Source: Promethearchaeota archaeon (GTDB lineage: Archaea > Asgardarchaeota > Hermodarchaeia > Hermodarchaeales > Hermodarchaeaceae). Taken from it: a stretch of DNA of 64,000 bases. The DNA is taken from the NCBI GenBank assembly GCA_048938385.1, contig JBHLMG010000006.1, positions 41,870 through 105,869 of the forward strand, read 5' to 3'. Below the pieces are notes generated by a model that was not told where the DNA came from, ran no database searches, and saw only the letters and a list, made by a program, of their open reading frames with translations. Of this stretch, positions 28,579 to 38,213 are shown piece by piece; the first letter of the stretch is position 1; each line of letters starts with the position of its first letter. The translations under genes and the position numbers were made by a program.

Positions 28579-29567
28579 CTTACCTTACCCGCAAATTTCT
28601 TCATGAACTTGGTAAGTTCATCTTGTGTCGGAAGCGCCGTCATGGCCCCGATTTTTGTGATAACTAGCGAAGCGACAGCCGTTCCTTGAGCAACTGCTTC
28701 ACGAAGACTTGTTCCCTTGGCTAATCCAACCAGCAAGCCGGCGTTGAATCCATCTCCCGCCCCAGTTGTATCTCGAACAGGAATATCGAAAGGAGATTGA
28801 GTAAATTGATCAAGTGTGCCATCGTTAGATTTGGTTGAGATTAAGCTCCCTTGGTTTCCTCTTTTAAGACAGATAGTATGGGGACCAAGTTCATGTGCTT
28901 GGATGAGCGCATGTTTCATGTTTTTCGTGGCAAACAAGGCCTCAAGTTCTTCTTCAGAAGGAAGGAAAATATCAACGGTCTTTAGGACCTGACGCAAAGT
29001 GCGTTGATAGCCTTCTAAGCCATCAACCCAAAGATCTAAACGAAGGTTTGGATCGAACGAAACGATTGCTCCGTGCGATTGTGCTAGTTCAATAGCGTGT
29101 ATAGTTGCTTGACGACTTGGCTCTCGAGTTAAACTGACCCCGCCGAAGTGCAAGTATTGTACCCCTTGTAACCAATCCTGTGGTAATTCGTCTTGGGTGA
29201 GAAGAGCATCAGCACACGGTTCACGATAAAAAAGGAAATCACGATCGCCAGCTTTTGATCGACTGACAAATGCTAACGCCGTGGGCGCCTTGTTCGTGCG
29301 GACGATGCCTTTGGTATCTACACCGTTTCGATTTAACTCCTCTACTAGAAACTCACCAAAGGCATCTAATCCCACCTTGCCGATAAAGCCAGTATGTACG
29401 CCTAGACGGGCGACGCCTACAGCCACATTTGCTGGGGCCCCACCAGGACATTTCAGAAAGGATGACACTTCGAAGAGACGCCCCTCTTCTTTGGCGATGA
29501 AATCGATGAGGACTTCACCGAGACAGCATACTGTAGGAATTGTTTCGGGTGAACGAGAGGAGATCAT
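28575..29567 (-). CDS. PfkB-family carbohydrate kinase (fructokinase-like)
   Basis: GGAPANVAVGVARLG, FDPNLR, DTTGAGDGF. Confidence 0.92.
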   Translation of the reverse strand: MISSRSPETIPTVCCLGEVLIDFIAKEEGRLFEVSSFLKCPGGAPANVAVGVARLGVHTGFIGKVGLDAFGEFLVEELNRNGVDTKGIVRTNKAPTALAFVSRSKAGDRDFLFYREPCADALLTQDELPQDWLQGVQYLHFGGVSLTREPSRQATIHAIELAQSHGAIVSFDPNLRLDLWVDGLEGYQRTLRQVLKTVDIFLPSEEELEALFATKNMKHALIQAHELGPHTICLKRGNQGSLISTKSNDGTLDQFTQSPFDIPVRDTTGAGDGFNAGLLVGLAKGTSLREAVAQGTAVASLVITKIGAMTALPTQDELTKFMKKFAGKVS

Positions 29568-29594
29568 AATTTAGCACCTCATCTATTTACTCAT

Positions 29595-30377
29595 TTAGAA
29601 AGTGAAATTGGAACCGTCTTTGGCAACATGGATTTTTCCCTTAAAATGCTGAGCAGCCCCTGCAATCAAGGTTTGTTGATTTAGTGCCCGTACGCGGCTG
29701 GTGTGTATGAGAATGAGCGATTCGACCTCTGCCTTAGTGGCATCCAGCCCAGCCCCTTCCGGACTTGAATGCCCCTTTGCAACGGCTAAGGTATGAACAC
29801 GGGTTGGAAAAGTACAATCATGGAAGAAACCTTGTGCGCCCTTTGCTAGAGCAAGGAGAGTTGAACAATTGGGAGCCGTGTCAGGTGCAAACACGATTTT
29901 TTTACTACCTTGAACCAAGGCGAAGGCAGCTGCCATCGTAGTATGACAAGTTGCTGCAGTCCAGATCTGGGTCTGCGTGTGTGACAAGGTGACAAGGTGT
30001 TTAGGGTTGCTTGGTGTGAAGGGTTGAAAACTAACAAAATTCGGGCTACCACTGGGAAGGTAAAACCGGATGAAGGTCTTAAGCTGATAGAAGGCATTCA
30101 CCGGGCAAAACACGGTGAGGGGAGTAGTACGATGATTCCGCTTCATTCTGCGTAAAAGTGCTCCAAGGAATATGATGTGATCAAGATGCCGATGAGTTAT
30201 GAAGATGTGGTTGACATTAAGTAAATCTCGACGAAACCCTAAGAGGCGTCTTGTTCCTGCGTCAATTAGAATGGTTTCATCATCTCCGAGTTCTACGAAA
30301 AAACTCGACCAACTACTCTTTAGAGTAGGAACAAAGGATGAGCTTCCGAGAACCTCGACACGCATGTCATTGTTCAC
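29595..30377 (-). CDS. RNase Z/BN-like MBL-fold hydrolase
   Basis: LGS..P, IDAG, ITHRHLDH, PDT, HDCTF, GHSS, LIH. Confidence 0.75.
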   Translation of the reverse strand: MNNDMRVEVLGSSSFVPTLKSSWSSFFVELGDDETILIDAGTRRLLGFRRDLLNVNHIFITHRHLDHIIFLGALLRRMKRNHRTTPLTVFCPVNAFYQLKTFIRFYLPSGSPNFVSFQPFTPSNPKHLVTLSHTQTQIWTAATCHTTMAAAFALVQGSKKIVFAPDTAPNCSTLLALAKGAQGFFHDCTFPTRVHTLAVAKGHSSPEGAGLDATKAEVESLILIHTSRVRALNQQTLIAGAAQHFKGKIHVAKDGSNFTF

Positions 30378-30439
30378 ATCCAGTCAAAAGCCGGAGGCAT
30401 GGTGTGTAGTGGGAGAAGGGCAAAACTCCTTCTAAAACC

Positions 30440-31045
30440 TTAAGGAACATCGACCTTGCTTGATTCTAACTCGTTTTCTGTTTTGTGGGGTTCAGGAGGA
30501 GGAGACCTAGTCGTAAGCGCTTCGATGCGCTCGACAACATAAAGAAGTATTGCTAGGAGCCATTTTTCAGGTTGATTTATTTTGCACTCGATGGCTATTC
30601 CAAAGGGTGAGGGGTGATCCTTGAACCGGATGCGCGCTACTCTGGATGTGGTGCTTCGCATCAAGGTGATTTCCGGTGTGATGGGAATGAATCTAGCTAG
30701 TATCCGCCGTTGAGGATCTTGAAGGAGAAGTTGGTTGGAGGATACTGAAGAACGGAGGGAGAAATGTTGTTTTTCAGCAGAATAGAGCGTGAACCTTTGG
30801 ATACCATCAAAGGATTTCACTCGAATTGTAAGGGCATTTGGTTCAGGAGACTGCATCGCGTGGATTTGGTAGCGCGGAGGTGCTGTAGGGTGCCGGGAAA
30901 CCTGGTAAAGGATATCGCCATCTGCGTTTGTTAAATCTAATTTCCATTTATGAGTATCGAGACGGGGAAGTATACGATATAGTTCACTCAGAGGTAGGGT
31001 GTCTGATGAAGACTGCTCCGGTGGTAGATTATTTCTGGGAACCAT
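30440..31045 (-). CDS. Hypothetical protein, possibly Tubby/LURP-one-like beta-barrel
   Basis: Successive beta-hairpin-like segments (LDLTNADGDILYQV; LLLQDPQRRILARF) followed by one hydrophobic helix WLLAILLYVV. Confidence 0.4.
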   Translation of the reverse strand: MVPRNNLPPEQSSSDTLPLSELYRILPRLDTHKWKLDLTNADGDILYQVSRHPTAPPRYQIHAMQSPEPNALTIRVKSFDGIQRFTLYSAEKQHFSLRSSVSSNQLLLQDPQRRILARFIPITPEITLMRSTTSRVARIRFKDHPSPFGIAIECKINQPEKWLLAILLYVVERIEALTTRSPPPEPHKTENELESSKVDVP

Positions 31046-31080
31046 GCTCAGATACTCCTAAAGAGAGCTAAGGATCAACT

Positions 31081-32691
31081 TCAAGGTAAGGGAGGGGTTA
31101 TAGTGCGACCTCGCGGATATTCTACTTGGAAGGAGTAAGTGATTTTAGCCTCTCCTTCGGGAGGAACTTCGAGTTCCCAAGTGAGTACTCCCAGTTCATC
31201 CTTCTGAGGTTCGGGGCGGAATTTTCGATCCTGAACTTTGATGACTTCGGAATCGCTGTGAGGCGTACGATCCATTACCTTAATGGGGCTCATTTTCTTC
31301 CGGTAGTTTTTAACCGTCAGAGCGTAGGTGTAATCACGAGCGATATTGCCCTTGATTAAGCCTTTCTTTTCCGTGCTTTTTTCTACTAGCTTCTTTTCAA
31401 CCTTCAAGTCGTAGGTGAATCGCATCCCTACATCGACTTTTTCATTTGGTGCAATGAGTTCTAGATGGGTTTCGCCAAGGTATTCATCTCCACTGTAAAC
31501 CCGTGCCTTTCCTGGAAGGAGGACTGTTACACCATTTTCAATTGTCGTGACTTCAACTGCTTCAGCAAAATCCACGGCATTCCAGAAGAACTTCCGGTCA
31601 GACTTCATTTTGGAATAACTGGTTCGGAATGCGTGAGGTTCACCATCAGAAGGCACTTTAACTTTATCCGGAAGGACAAACACAAAGACACCTCCTATCT
31701 CCACCGATGTCGCCACAACTGGTGGAGGAGCCATCTCAGGTAGAGGTTCTTCTAACAAGTCCAACTCTTCAGCTTCTGCATAATCTTCGTCTTTGGTCGC
31801 TCCGGCGGCGGCTGTCACACGTGCCATCTCTTTTCGCATGGTAGGAGCTGCAGGCCGTGGTGGTGGAGGAGCATAGACTTGTATGAGGTAGGGAGAGGGG
31901 TTAGTTATGGTCGCAGGGCGTCGTGACGCTGTGGAAACAGTGAGTTGCACATTTTCCCAATCCTCTTGAGTATTGTTGTGGACTACCGTATACATGGTCA
32001 TATCGGTAGTATCTTCAGAGAGGATGAAATCATAAGTTGGAGACCAAGCCGCCCGAGACACGAAGTAGGACAGCTTGAACTCGCATTTTCCAGGTTTATG
32101 GGCTTCAACATTGATGAAAACGCTGTGCGTGATTTCGTATTGCCTAACCTCACTGCGGAACTTGTCTATTTCTCGTGTGACAATCGCGATCTCTTTCTGA
32201 AGCTTTTCAAGGTCGTCGTGTAATTTCATCTGGGTTTTGTACAGCTGATCTAGTTGTTTAGTGACGAGGATTTCAAGTGAACTAAGCCGGTCTACTTCAC
32301 TTTCACCCGCAGGAATCCAACGAGAAAATTCCCCAGCTGACCCTTCTAAAACTTGCGAGTAGAACGCCATTCGTTTATTTATTCGTTCCAGTTCACTTTG
32401 GATTTGGCGTCGATTCTTCTCTAAATCCTCACGCTGTTTGAGTAATGTGTCAAGCTTATCGTAACCACTAACTTCCACAGTGGTATCTATCGTGTCAAAG
32501 CTTAGAATAGTGGCATTTCCTCGACCAGATACACGGACGCTTTCTGCATCGAGGTATCGGGTGAGGTTTGAAATCTGGAGTTTATGAAGCCCTGGTTGGA
32601 GTTCAAGGCTTCCTTTTCGTTCGATTTTTGCTCCATCACGATAAATAGTAACTGCATTAATTTTTGTCTTTAATTCAGGTAGTTTTGTCAT
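31081..32691 (-). CDS. DUF4140/DUF4139 (MuiA-like) protein
   Basis: INAVTIYRDGA, LDAESVRVSG, coiled coil, SYFV..AAWSPTYD, NNTQEDWENVQLTVST, LLPGKARVY, GVLTWEL. Confidence 0.88.
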   Translation of the reverse strand: MTKLPELKTKINAVTIYRDGAKIERKGSLELQPGLHKLQISNLTRYLDAESVRVSGRGNATILSFDTIDTTVEVSGYDKLDTLLKQREDLEKNRRQIQSELERINKRMAFYSQVLEGSAGEFSRWIPAGESEVDRLSSLEILVTKQLDQLYKTQMKLHDDLEKLQKEIAIVTREIDKFRSEVRQYEITHSVFINVEAHKPGKCEFKLSYFVSRAAWSPTYDFILSEDTTDMTMYTVVHNNTQEDWENVQLTVSTASRRPATITNPSPYLIQVYAPPPPRPAAPTMRKEMARVTAAAGATKDEDYAEAEELDLLEEPLPEMAPPPVVATSVEIGGVFVFVLPDKVKVPSDGEPHAFRTSYSKMKSDRKFFWNAVDFAEAVEVTTIENGVTVLLPGKARVYSGDEYLGETHLELIAPNEKVDVGMRFTYDLKVEKKLVEKSTEKKGLIKGNIARDYTYALTVKNYRKKMSPIKVMDRTPHSDSEVIKVQDRKFRPEPQKDELGVLTWELEVPPEGEAKITYSFQVEYPRGRTITPPLP

Positions 32692-32791
32692 AGCCTTCTA
32701 CCTCGATATCAACGAATATTGTTTTACTCAAGGTTTGAGGTCTGTATTCAAAAACCTTCTGGACCTTTTTTTCATTCAGGAAGAGGTGTTC

Positions 32792-33586
32792 TCATACATC
32801 ATCATTGTGCCTTCCCTGTTTCGTCTTGTAAAGAGGAGATCGTTGAGCTTCAAAGTCTGAAGTTGGAGGAACACCTAATCGGGGGAGTATTTGGAGGAGG
32901 CTGTATCCAAGAGTAACGGTGAACAGAGTTGCGATAGCGACTTTCGTGGGTGTAATGATGCCAGCCGTTAGCCACAAGAACTGCAAGAACTCTGGTGTCC
33001 ACCCATAGAACAACCAGTAGGCTTGACCGGGGATGAGAATGAAGACGCGAAGAAGTATATCAGCCTCAAGACCAATGACGACGGCGAAAAGGAGACCAAG
33101 CCATTGACTGCGTGTTGGGTTCGAAGGCCACCATTGGCGTGCTCGGAGTAATGAGAAGAGCAGGAGAATGAGATATCCAAGGAGGATATCCCAGATCCCA
33201 ATGAGTGGTAGAAGCCAGGAGACTGGAGAAAGAAAATACCCAATGAGGAGAAGCGTGTAGAACACAAGGACAGGCTTCCATCGTCGTTGATAGACTAGGG
33301 CAGTGCAAGCGGCGCCAAAGGCAGCTCCGAGCATGAAGAGGAATTCAAATGGATCACGATAATAGATGAAGTGTCCTAGAAGGCTTCCAAATCCGACAGA
33401 AATTGCCCCATAGATGGGACCGAGGAGTACTCCAATGAGTGGGTGAAACAAAAAAAGCCATGACGCCCAGATCCCACTGTAGAGTCCAGGGATGATAGGT
33501 ATCGCATCAAAGATGGCTGCAAGGGCAGTGAAAATGGCTATATAAGTGACAAAGCGACTGCGGTTCTGCTGGACTGCAAGGGCCAT
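32792..33586 (-). CDS. Integral membrane protein, ECF S-component-like
   Basis: IAIFTALAA (AxxxA) in TM1, PLIGVLLGPIYG, 7-8 hydrophobic segments. Confidence 0.55.
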   Translation of the reverse strand: MALAVQQNRSRFVTYIAIFTALAAIFDAIPIIPGLYSGIWASWLFLFHPLIGVLLGPIYGAISVGFGSLLGHFIYYRDPFEFLFMLGAAFGAACTALVYQRRWKPVLVFYTLLLIGYFLSPVSWLLPLIGIWDILLGYLILLLFSLLRARQWWPSNPTRSQWLGLLFAVVIGLEADILLRVFILIPGQAYWLFYGWTPEFLQFLWLTAGIITPTKVAIATLFTVTLGYSLLQILPRLGVPPTSDFEAQRSPLYKTKQGRHNDDV

Positions 33587-33643
33587 AATTTAAGGCTACC
33601 CCTTAACTTCGAATTTAAGCACTCACCTCATACCACTCCTGCT

Positions 33644-34351
33644 CTAATAGACCATCAGCTGCGCATTCTGTAACGAGAATTTAATTTCCTGCTGTCCGTT
33701 CTTTAGCGCAATTCCCATATGTCCAGGACATAGAATTTCAACAGGAAGCTTGCTGATCCGAGTAATGGACTGTTTTAATTGCTCCCCATTACCTGTAGGT
33801 AAATCGTATCTACCAAAGCTACCATGTCGAAACACTACATCTCCCGATATCAACAGCTTTTGCTGTGGCTCAAAGAAACACAAACTTCCTGCTGAATGAC
33901 CAGGAGTAAGTAATACTTGAAAGGTGAAGTCACCGACTTTAAAGGCGTCTCCATCCTGGAGCTTCCGTGCCACGGGAATGGGCGGTAATGGTGGTAGATC
34001 CAATAATTGTGGGTACACGATAGAGCTATCTCCCGCCTCTAGTAGATTTCCCTCCACTTCAGACACCCATACCTCTGCATCTTTCGCATCTTGGAGAAAC
34101 CGCGGGGTTGACATAGCATGATCGAGATGAGTGTGAGTGAGGATCAACCGGTCCAAGTTTTTTAGGTCAAAGCCCAACTCAGTAATTGCTTCACAGGTGT
34201 CTGAGTAAAAATTCTCCAACCCCGCATCAAACAAGACAAATTGATCCTCTCTATCTTGCACCAGGAAAATGTTCGAATCGGGAAGATAGCTCTGGCGCGC
34301 TTCAATCCAGTAGAATCCATCCAAGATCTTCCGCGCAGTTTTGGTCGTCAA
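33644..34351 (-). CDS. MBL-fold metallo-hydrolase (glyoxalase II-like)
   Basis: FDAG, THTHLDH, TPGHSAGS, SGD, PGH. Confidence 0.9.
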   Translation of the reverse strand: MTTKTARKILDGFYWIEARQSYLPDSNIFLVQDREDQFVLFDAGLENFYSDTCEAITELGFDLKNLDRLILTHTHLDHAMSTPRFLQDAKDAEVWVSEVEGNLLEAGDSSIVYPQLLDLPPLPPIPVARKLQDGDAFKVGDFTFQVLLTPGHSAGSLCFFEPQQKLLISGDVVFRHGSFGRYDLPTGNGEQLKQSITRISKLPVEILCPGHMGIALKNGQQEIKFSLQNAQLMVY

Positions 34352-34464
34352 GCTTGATTCAACCTCTTCACTGATTCGTTATTTCGCGGGTACATTGTAA
34401 TTAAGCCTAGTCATCGTTCTAGCTGTGACACCCTGTGGGTTTTCCACTTGCTGTGAAATCCCCA

Positions 34465-34480
34465 GAAAAAGTCTTTATAT
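34465..34480 (+). promoter_or_regulatory. Archaeal BRE/TATA promoter upstream of the candidate ncRNA
   Basis: GAAAAA-GTC-TTTATAT; no plus-strand ORF downstream. Confidence 0.5.
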
Positions 34481-34499
34481 CCTCCATATTACCGAGACC

Positions 34500-34638
34500 T
34501 AGTAGTGAGTAGTATCTAGACAATAGGAGGGGAATACCTAACCTTATACCCGCACAAGCATCAGTGGGAATGAGCTCTCCCAGTCTCTGACTCCCACAGC
34601 GGAGTCTTTGAGGCCCGCAAGGGCCTTTTTTCTTTTTT
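34500..34638 (+). ncRNA. Candidate structured small RNA (~130 nt), family not recognised
   Basis: Lies between a TATA box and a hairpin/U-tract; contains several stems (TAGG/CCTA, GTGGGA/TCCCAC or TGGGA/TCCCA, GACTCC/GGAGTC). Confidence 0.45.
34611..34638 (+). terminator. GC hairpin with GCAA tetraloop followed by U-tract
   Basis: AGGCCC-GCAA-GGGCCT then TTTTTTCTTTTTT. Confidence 0.75.
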
Positions 34639-34646
34639 AATTGGAG

Positions 34647-35219
34647 TTAGCGTGGAGCAAAGCGTTGATTTAGCCAAGGATCAGCGTCCTGGTGATACCC
34701 GCGTTTTTCCCAGAACCCGAGAACTACTTCCTCGAGGAAGGAAACGCGACGCACCCATTTGACGCCTTTATATGCATAAAGCCGGGGAATGACAACACGG
34801 AGAGGCCAGCCATCTTCCACTTTGAGGGGTTCATCGTTACGATTCCATGCAAAGATTACATCATCTTCTATTGCTACCTCTAAGGCGATACCAGAGGTGT
34901 ATCCGCCTTCAGAATGGAAGAGAACAAAATTCGCAGACGGTTTAGGCTTAACGCGTTTTGCAAGTTCTTTGAAGAGAACACCCTCCCATTTGTTATCAGG
35001 AACACTCCAAGATTCCACACAGTGAAAATCACTTATCTGCGTTGTGACAGGTAATGCATGAAATTCTTTAAAGGAGAACACGGTTGGATTTTCGACTTCT
35101 CCATCAACGGTGAGCGTCCATGTATTGGGATCGAAGGATTCAGGCATAGGTTCTGCGGAACGAACGGGGAATCCTGTGATCCAATGTTGCCCTGGTGGAA
35201 GGCGGGGTTTTTGTGGCAC
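34647..35219 (-). CDS. Sulfite-oxidase-like molybdopterin-dependent oxidoreductase (YuiH/MsrP-like)
   Basis: RLPPGQ, DFHCVESWS, WEGV, GWPLRVVIP.LYAYKGVKWV, GFWEKRGYH. Start placed at GTG 35219; the ORF extends to 35288. Confidence 0.9.
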   Translation of the reverse strand: MPQKPRLPPGQHWITGFPVRSAEPMPESFDPNTWTLTVDGEVENPTVFSFKEFHALPVTTQISDFHCVESWSVPDNKWEGVLFKELAKRVKPKPSANFVLFHSEGGYTSGIALEVAIEDDVIFAWNRNDEPLKVEDGWPLRVVIPRLYAYKGVKWVRRVSFLEEVVLGFWEKRGYHQDADPWLNQRFAPR

Positions 35220-35378
35220 GAGAGTTAACCTCGGTATGTGTTTCGCATCGTCGTTGTTCAAATAGCCTTCGAATTTTCCGTTCATCAAGCACAGATTCTT
35301 TGGGTACGAGGATGCCGCATTGAGTAGGGATAAATAGTTTGGATTCGGGATTTCCCTGATGCTAAAGGTGTACAGATT

Positions 35379-35609
35379 ATGCGAAGCTACCTAAAGATTT
35401 TCATAAGTAGTGAAGGTGCTGCACCTAGCGAGGTTGTGGAGCGACTCATGAGGATGGGTTTCCAACCAACCGCTGGTAACTATGATTTTGTGATTGAATG
35501 GGATGAGAACGGTTCGGTGCAGGATATGATTCAGGTAGCGAATCAAGTGCACGCGACCTTGAAGGGATGCAATGTCATCTTCAAGATGGAAACGGTGCGC
35601 TCAAAGTAG
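35379..35609 (+). CDS. Conserved small archaeal hypothetical protein
   Basis: 76 aa with SSEGAAPSEV..RL..MGF.P..GNYDF..EW; AGGTG ribosome-binding site upstream. Confidence 0.7.
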   Translation: MRSYLKIFISSEGAAPSEVVERLMRMGFQPTAGNYDFVIEWDENGSVQDMIQVANQVHATLKGCNVIFKMETVRSK

Positions 35610-35621
35610 GGTGTCACTGAG

Positions 35622-36734
35622 CTACTTTTCAATGACCTTCATTATGAACTTGCCATCTTTGTAGAAGAGTTCGTCGTCAGCAAAAATTTTGCCGCCTTTG
35701 GTCATATCTGCTAGAAGATCCCAGTGAATCGCTGATTCGTTTTTCCCCCCTGATTCCTCAAAACCATGACCGAGAGCACAGTGGATAGTTCCAGTGAGTT
35801 TCTCATCAAACAAGATGTTCTTCGTAAACTTTGTGATACCTGGATTCGTGCCAATCGCAATTTCACCTAGTCGTTTCGCACCCTCGTCAATCTCGAGAAT
35901 TTGATTCAGGAGGTCTTGGCCTTTTTCTGCGGTAGCTTTCGTTACCACACCTTTTTCAAATGTCATGGAGATATCTTCTACTTCCTTTCCCATGAAGATT
36001 CCAGGATAGGAGAAGCGAATAGTCCCTTCAACGCTGTCTTCGACGGGGGATGTAAAGATTTCTCCGTCTGGCATATTCAAGTGACCATCAGCATTAACCC
36101 ACTTGCGACCTGTGACCTTAGCGGTGAGATCGACATCATTGCTTTCAAACCGGACGCTGTTTTTCGTGTTGAGGTATTTGGTAATTTTTTCTTGTTTTTT
36201 ACTAATTTCGTTCCAGAGCTTAATTGGGTTAGGCTTGTCAACTAGGCAAGCACCATATACGAACTCTTCGTATTCTTCAGTGCCCATGTTGCCCTCTTGC
36301 GCTAGACTAGCGCTTGGGTAGGGCAAAAGGGCGTACCATCCTTTTTTGAGCCGGGCAGTGAAAGCCTTTTGGAGTTCTGTGTGAGCCTTTGCCGACCGAG
36401 CTTGTTTGGCGGGGTCGACATTGGTAAGGGCTTTGCGATTGTCGCTAGAGTGGACAACGATGTAGCTATCCACCTTGTTGATGATGTCAAGGTTCAAGGG
36501 GTTAACATAATCGAGATGGTGATCTTGGGCGTATTTGAAGAAGAGCTCTTGGGCGCGTGGAAAATAAGCTCTTGTGAATGGATGTCCGCCTGCTTTGAGA
36601 ATTTCTCGGGCAAGTTCAAGAACTAAAGGTTCAGCGAATGTAGGAGCGGAAATGCTCACGAGGTCGCCTTTTTTCACACCCAGTGAGTATTCAACGGTGA
36701 GTTGAGCTAGTTTGGAGATGCGCTCATCAACCAT
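35622..36734 (-). CDS. Aminopeptidase, M29 family (AmpS/AmpT-like)
   Basis: NMPDGEIFTSP, LGEIAIG, ILFDEK, HCALG, SAIHWD. Confidence 0.93.
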   Translation of the reverse strand: MVDERISKLAQLTVEYSLGVKKGDLVSISAPTFAEPLVLELAREILKAGGHPFTRAYFPRAQELFFKYAQDHHLDYVNPLNLDIINKVDSYIVVHSSDNRKALTNVDPAKQARSAKAHTELQKAFTARLKKGWYALLPYPSASLAQEGNMGTEEYEEFVYGACLVDKPNPIKLWNEISKKQEKITKYLNTKNSVRFESNDVDLTAKVTGRKWVNADGHLNMPDGEIFTSPVEDSVEGTIRFSYPGIFMGKEVEDISMTFEKGVVTKATAEKGQDLLNQILEIDEGAKRLGEIAIGTNPGITKFTKNILFDEKLTGTIHCALGHGFEESGGKNESAIHWDLLADMTKGGKIFADDELFYKDGKFIMKVIEK

Positions 36735-36806
36735 AGTATTCACCTGTTAATTGTGCTGCATGGAGGGAGAATGGGTGAAAAAAGCTTTGGATTTAGGAGA
36801 TGCTGG

Positions 36807-37991
36807 TCATGGTGAAGAAGGGTTATTGCCGAAGAGGCGGTTTCGGAGTCGAGATGCGCGAACTCGAACTCCGTTTGCCCTACTCCCTAATGCGCTGAAG
36901 ATACGGCTGAATTGCTTTTTCACGATAGCTCCGCTTAAAGGGCGTTCAAAGTCATCGATGCGGTCATAGATGGCTTTGGTCAGGATGGAAGGGTGGACTA
37001 TTGTTAAGTGAACAGGGACCTTGTAATTCTCATCGTGGGTTTGTGCTATGAAGTTTGCTAGGTCTTTTCGTCCTAGTCGGAGAGCCACTGATGCACGGTT
37101 GAGCTTCTTTAAGCGATGGGCATTCGTCTGCTGCTCAATGTGACCTTCGAGTGGATTGAGTAGCATGTGTTTGTTCAACTGGATGGCTTCCCAAGTGGTG
37201 GAAAAGCCTGCATGCATGATGATGCCTTTACTCGAAGCCATGTCGCGGAGAAAGGGCTTTCGTCCTGTGGGGCGTAAAGCGATGTTGTTATGCGTTTCTT
37301 CTCGATTATATCCGTAGACACGGAATTGTTCCTCAGGAAACTTTTGGAGGAGCTTTAGGACATATTCCTCTCCTAGGTAGGGCAAGTAGATGAGGAAGTG
37401 ATCTTCAATAGTCGCCGGATACTCACGCAGTTCTGCCTTCTCGATGAGAGGAAATAGCGTTCCGATCCCTAATCGTTTAGGTTCTTGGACATAATCGAGG
37501 GCAAAATAATGATGGCAAAGTGGAGTGCAGTAGAGGACAAGTCCCATTCCAATGATGAGGTCATGGAGAGGAACGGGAGGCCATACCTGTTTGAAATGAA
37601 TAATGGAATGTTGATGATCCACCGAGATAACGGGTTTTTGGAGTGCTAAGCCGGCTACGCAGGAAAAGCCTTCAAAGTCGGATATTACAGCATCATAGGC
37701 TTCTCTTCGAATGAATTTACGGACATTTTCAAAGATGCGGGGGAAGTGTCGAAAATGGATGAGGTTGTCCAAGAGTGTCCGGATTTGGTCCACACCTTGA
37801 CCACTGAATCGTATTTTATAGCCAGGGATATGCCACCACCGGTCTGTAAGACTTTGGGCATAGGAGGGAGGGGGAGGTCCGCTAAACAAGCTGTCAACCT
37901 GATGGCCATCATGAACTAGCTGGCGTATGACATCACGTGCCCGGTTGATGTGACCTTGCCCGTTGGTATTAATGCCATACAATATTTTCAT
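36807..37991 (-). CDS. GT-B glycosyltransferase (MJ1255/VC2487-like)
   Basis: MKILYGINTNGQGHINRA, ISDFE, SVDHQ, HAGFST..EA, EQQTNA. Confidence 0.85.
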   Translation of the reverse strand: MKILYGINTNGQGHINRARDVIRQLVHDGHQVDSLFSGPPPPSYAQSLTDRWWHIPGYKIRFSGQGVDQIRTLLDNLIHFRHFPRIFENVRKFIRREAYDAVISDFEGFSCVAGLALQKPVISVDHQHSIIHFKQVWPPVPLHDLIIGMGLVLYCTPLCHHYFALDYVQEPKRLGIGTLFPLIEKAELREYPATIEDHFLIYLPYLGEEYVLKLLQKFPEEQFRVYGYNREETHNNIALRPTGRKPFLRDMASSKGIIMHAGFSTTWEAIQLNKHMLLNPLEGHIEQQTNAHRLKKLNRASVALRLGRKDLANFIAQTHDENYKVPVHLTIVHPSILTKAIYDRIDDFERPLSGAIVKKQFSRIFSALGSRANGVRVRASRLRNRLFGNNPSSP

Positions 37992-38213
37992 CAAAATTCA
38001 CAGCGTGGCTCATAATTTCTGTTACCGCACCAAATAGTTGTGAAAATGCTCGTTGTTCTCATTCTCGATTTTCCCCACATCGAGTTTGATTCCGCAATGC
38101 ACTGCCCTACATAGGTGTATTTGGGGACCTTTAAGTTGGTACTTTTTAACTCCTTTATATTGATTTGCGTCAAAGATTCTATAAACGTCGCAATTTGATG
38201 AACCCTTTATAAG

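Noticed and set aside
34560-34606. Fluoride riboswitch or SECIS identity for the structured element
   Set aside because: GGGAATGAGCTCTCCC resembles the crcB-motif start but lacks the downstream conserved segment and any downstream gene. The ATGA/TGA core encloses no helix II or AAA loop, and no UGA-containing gene is evident.
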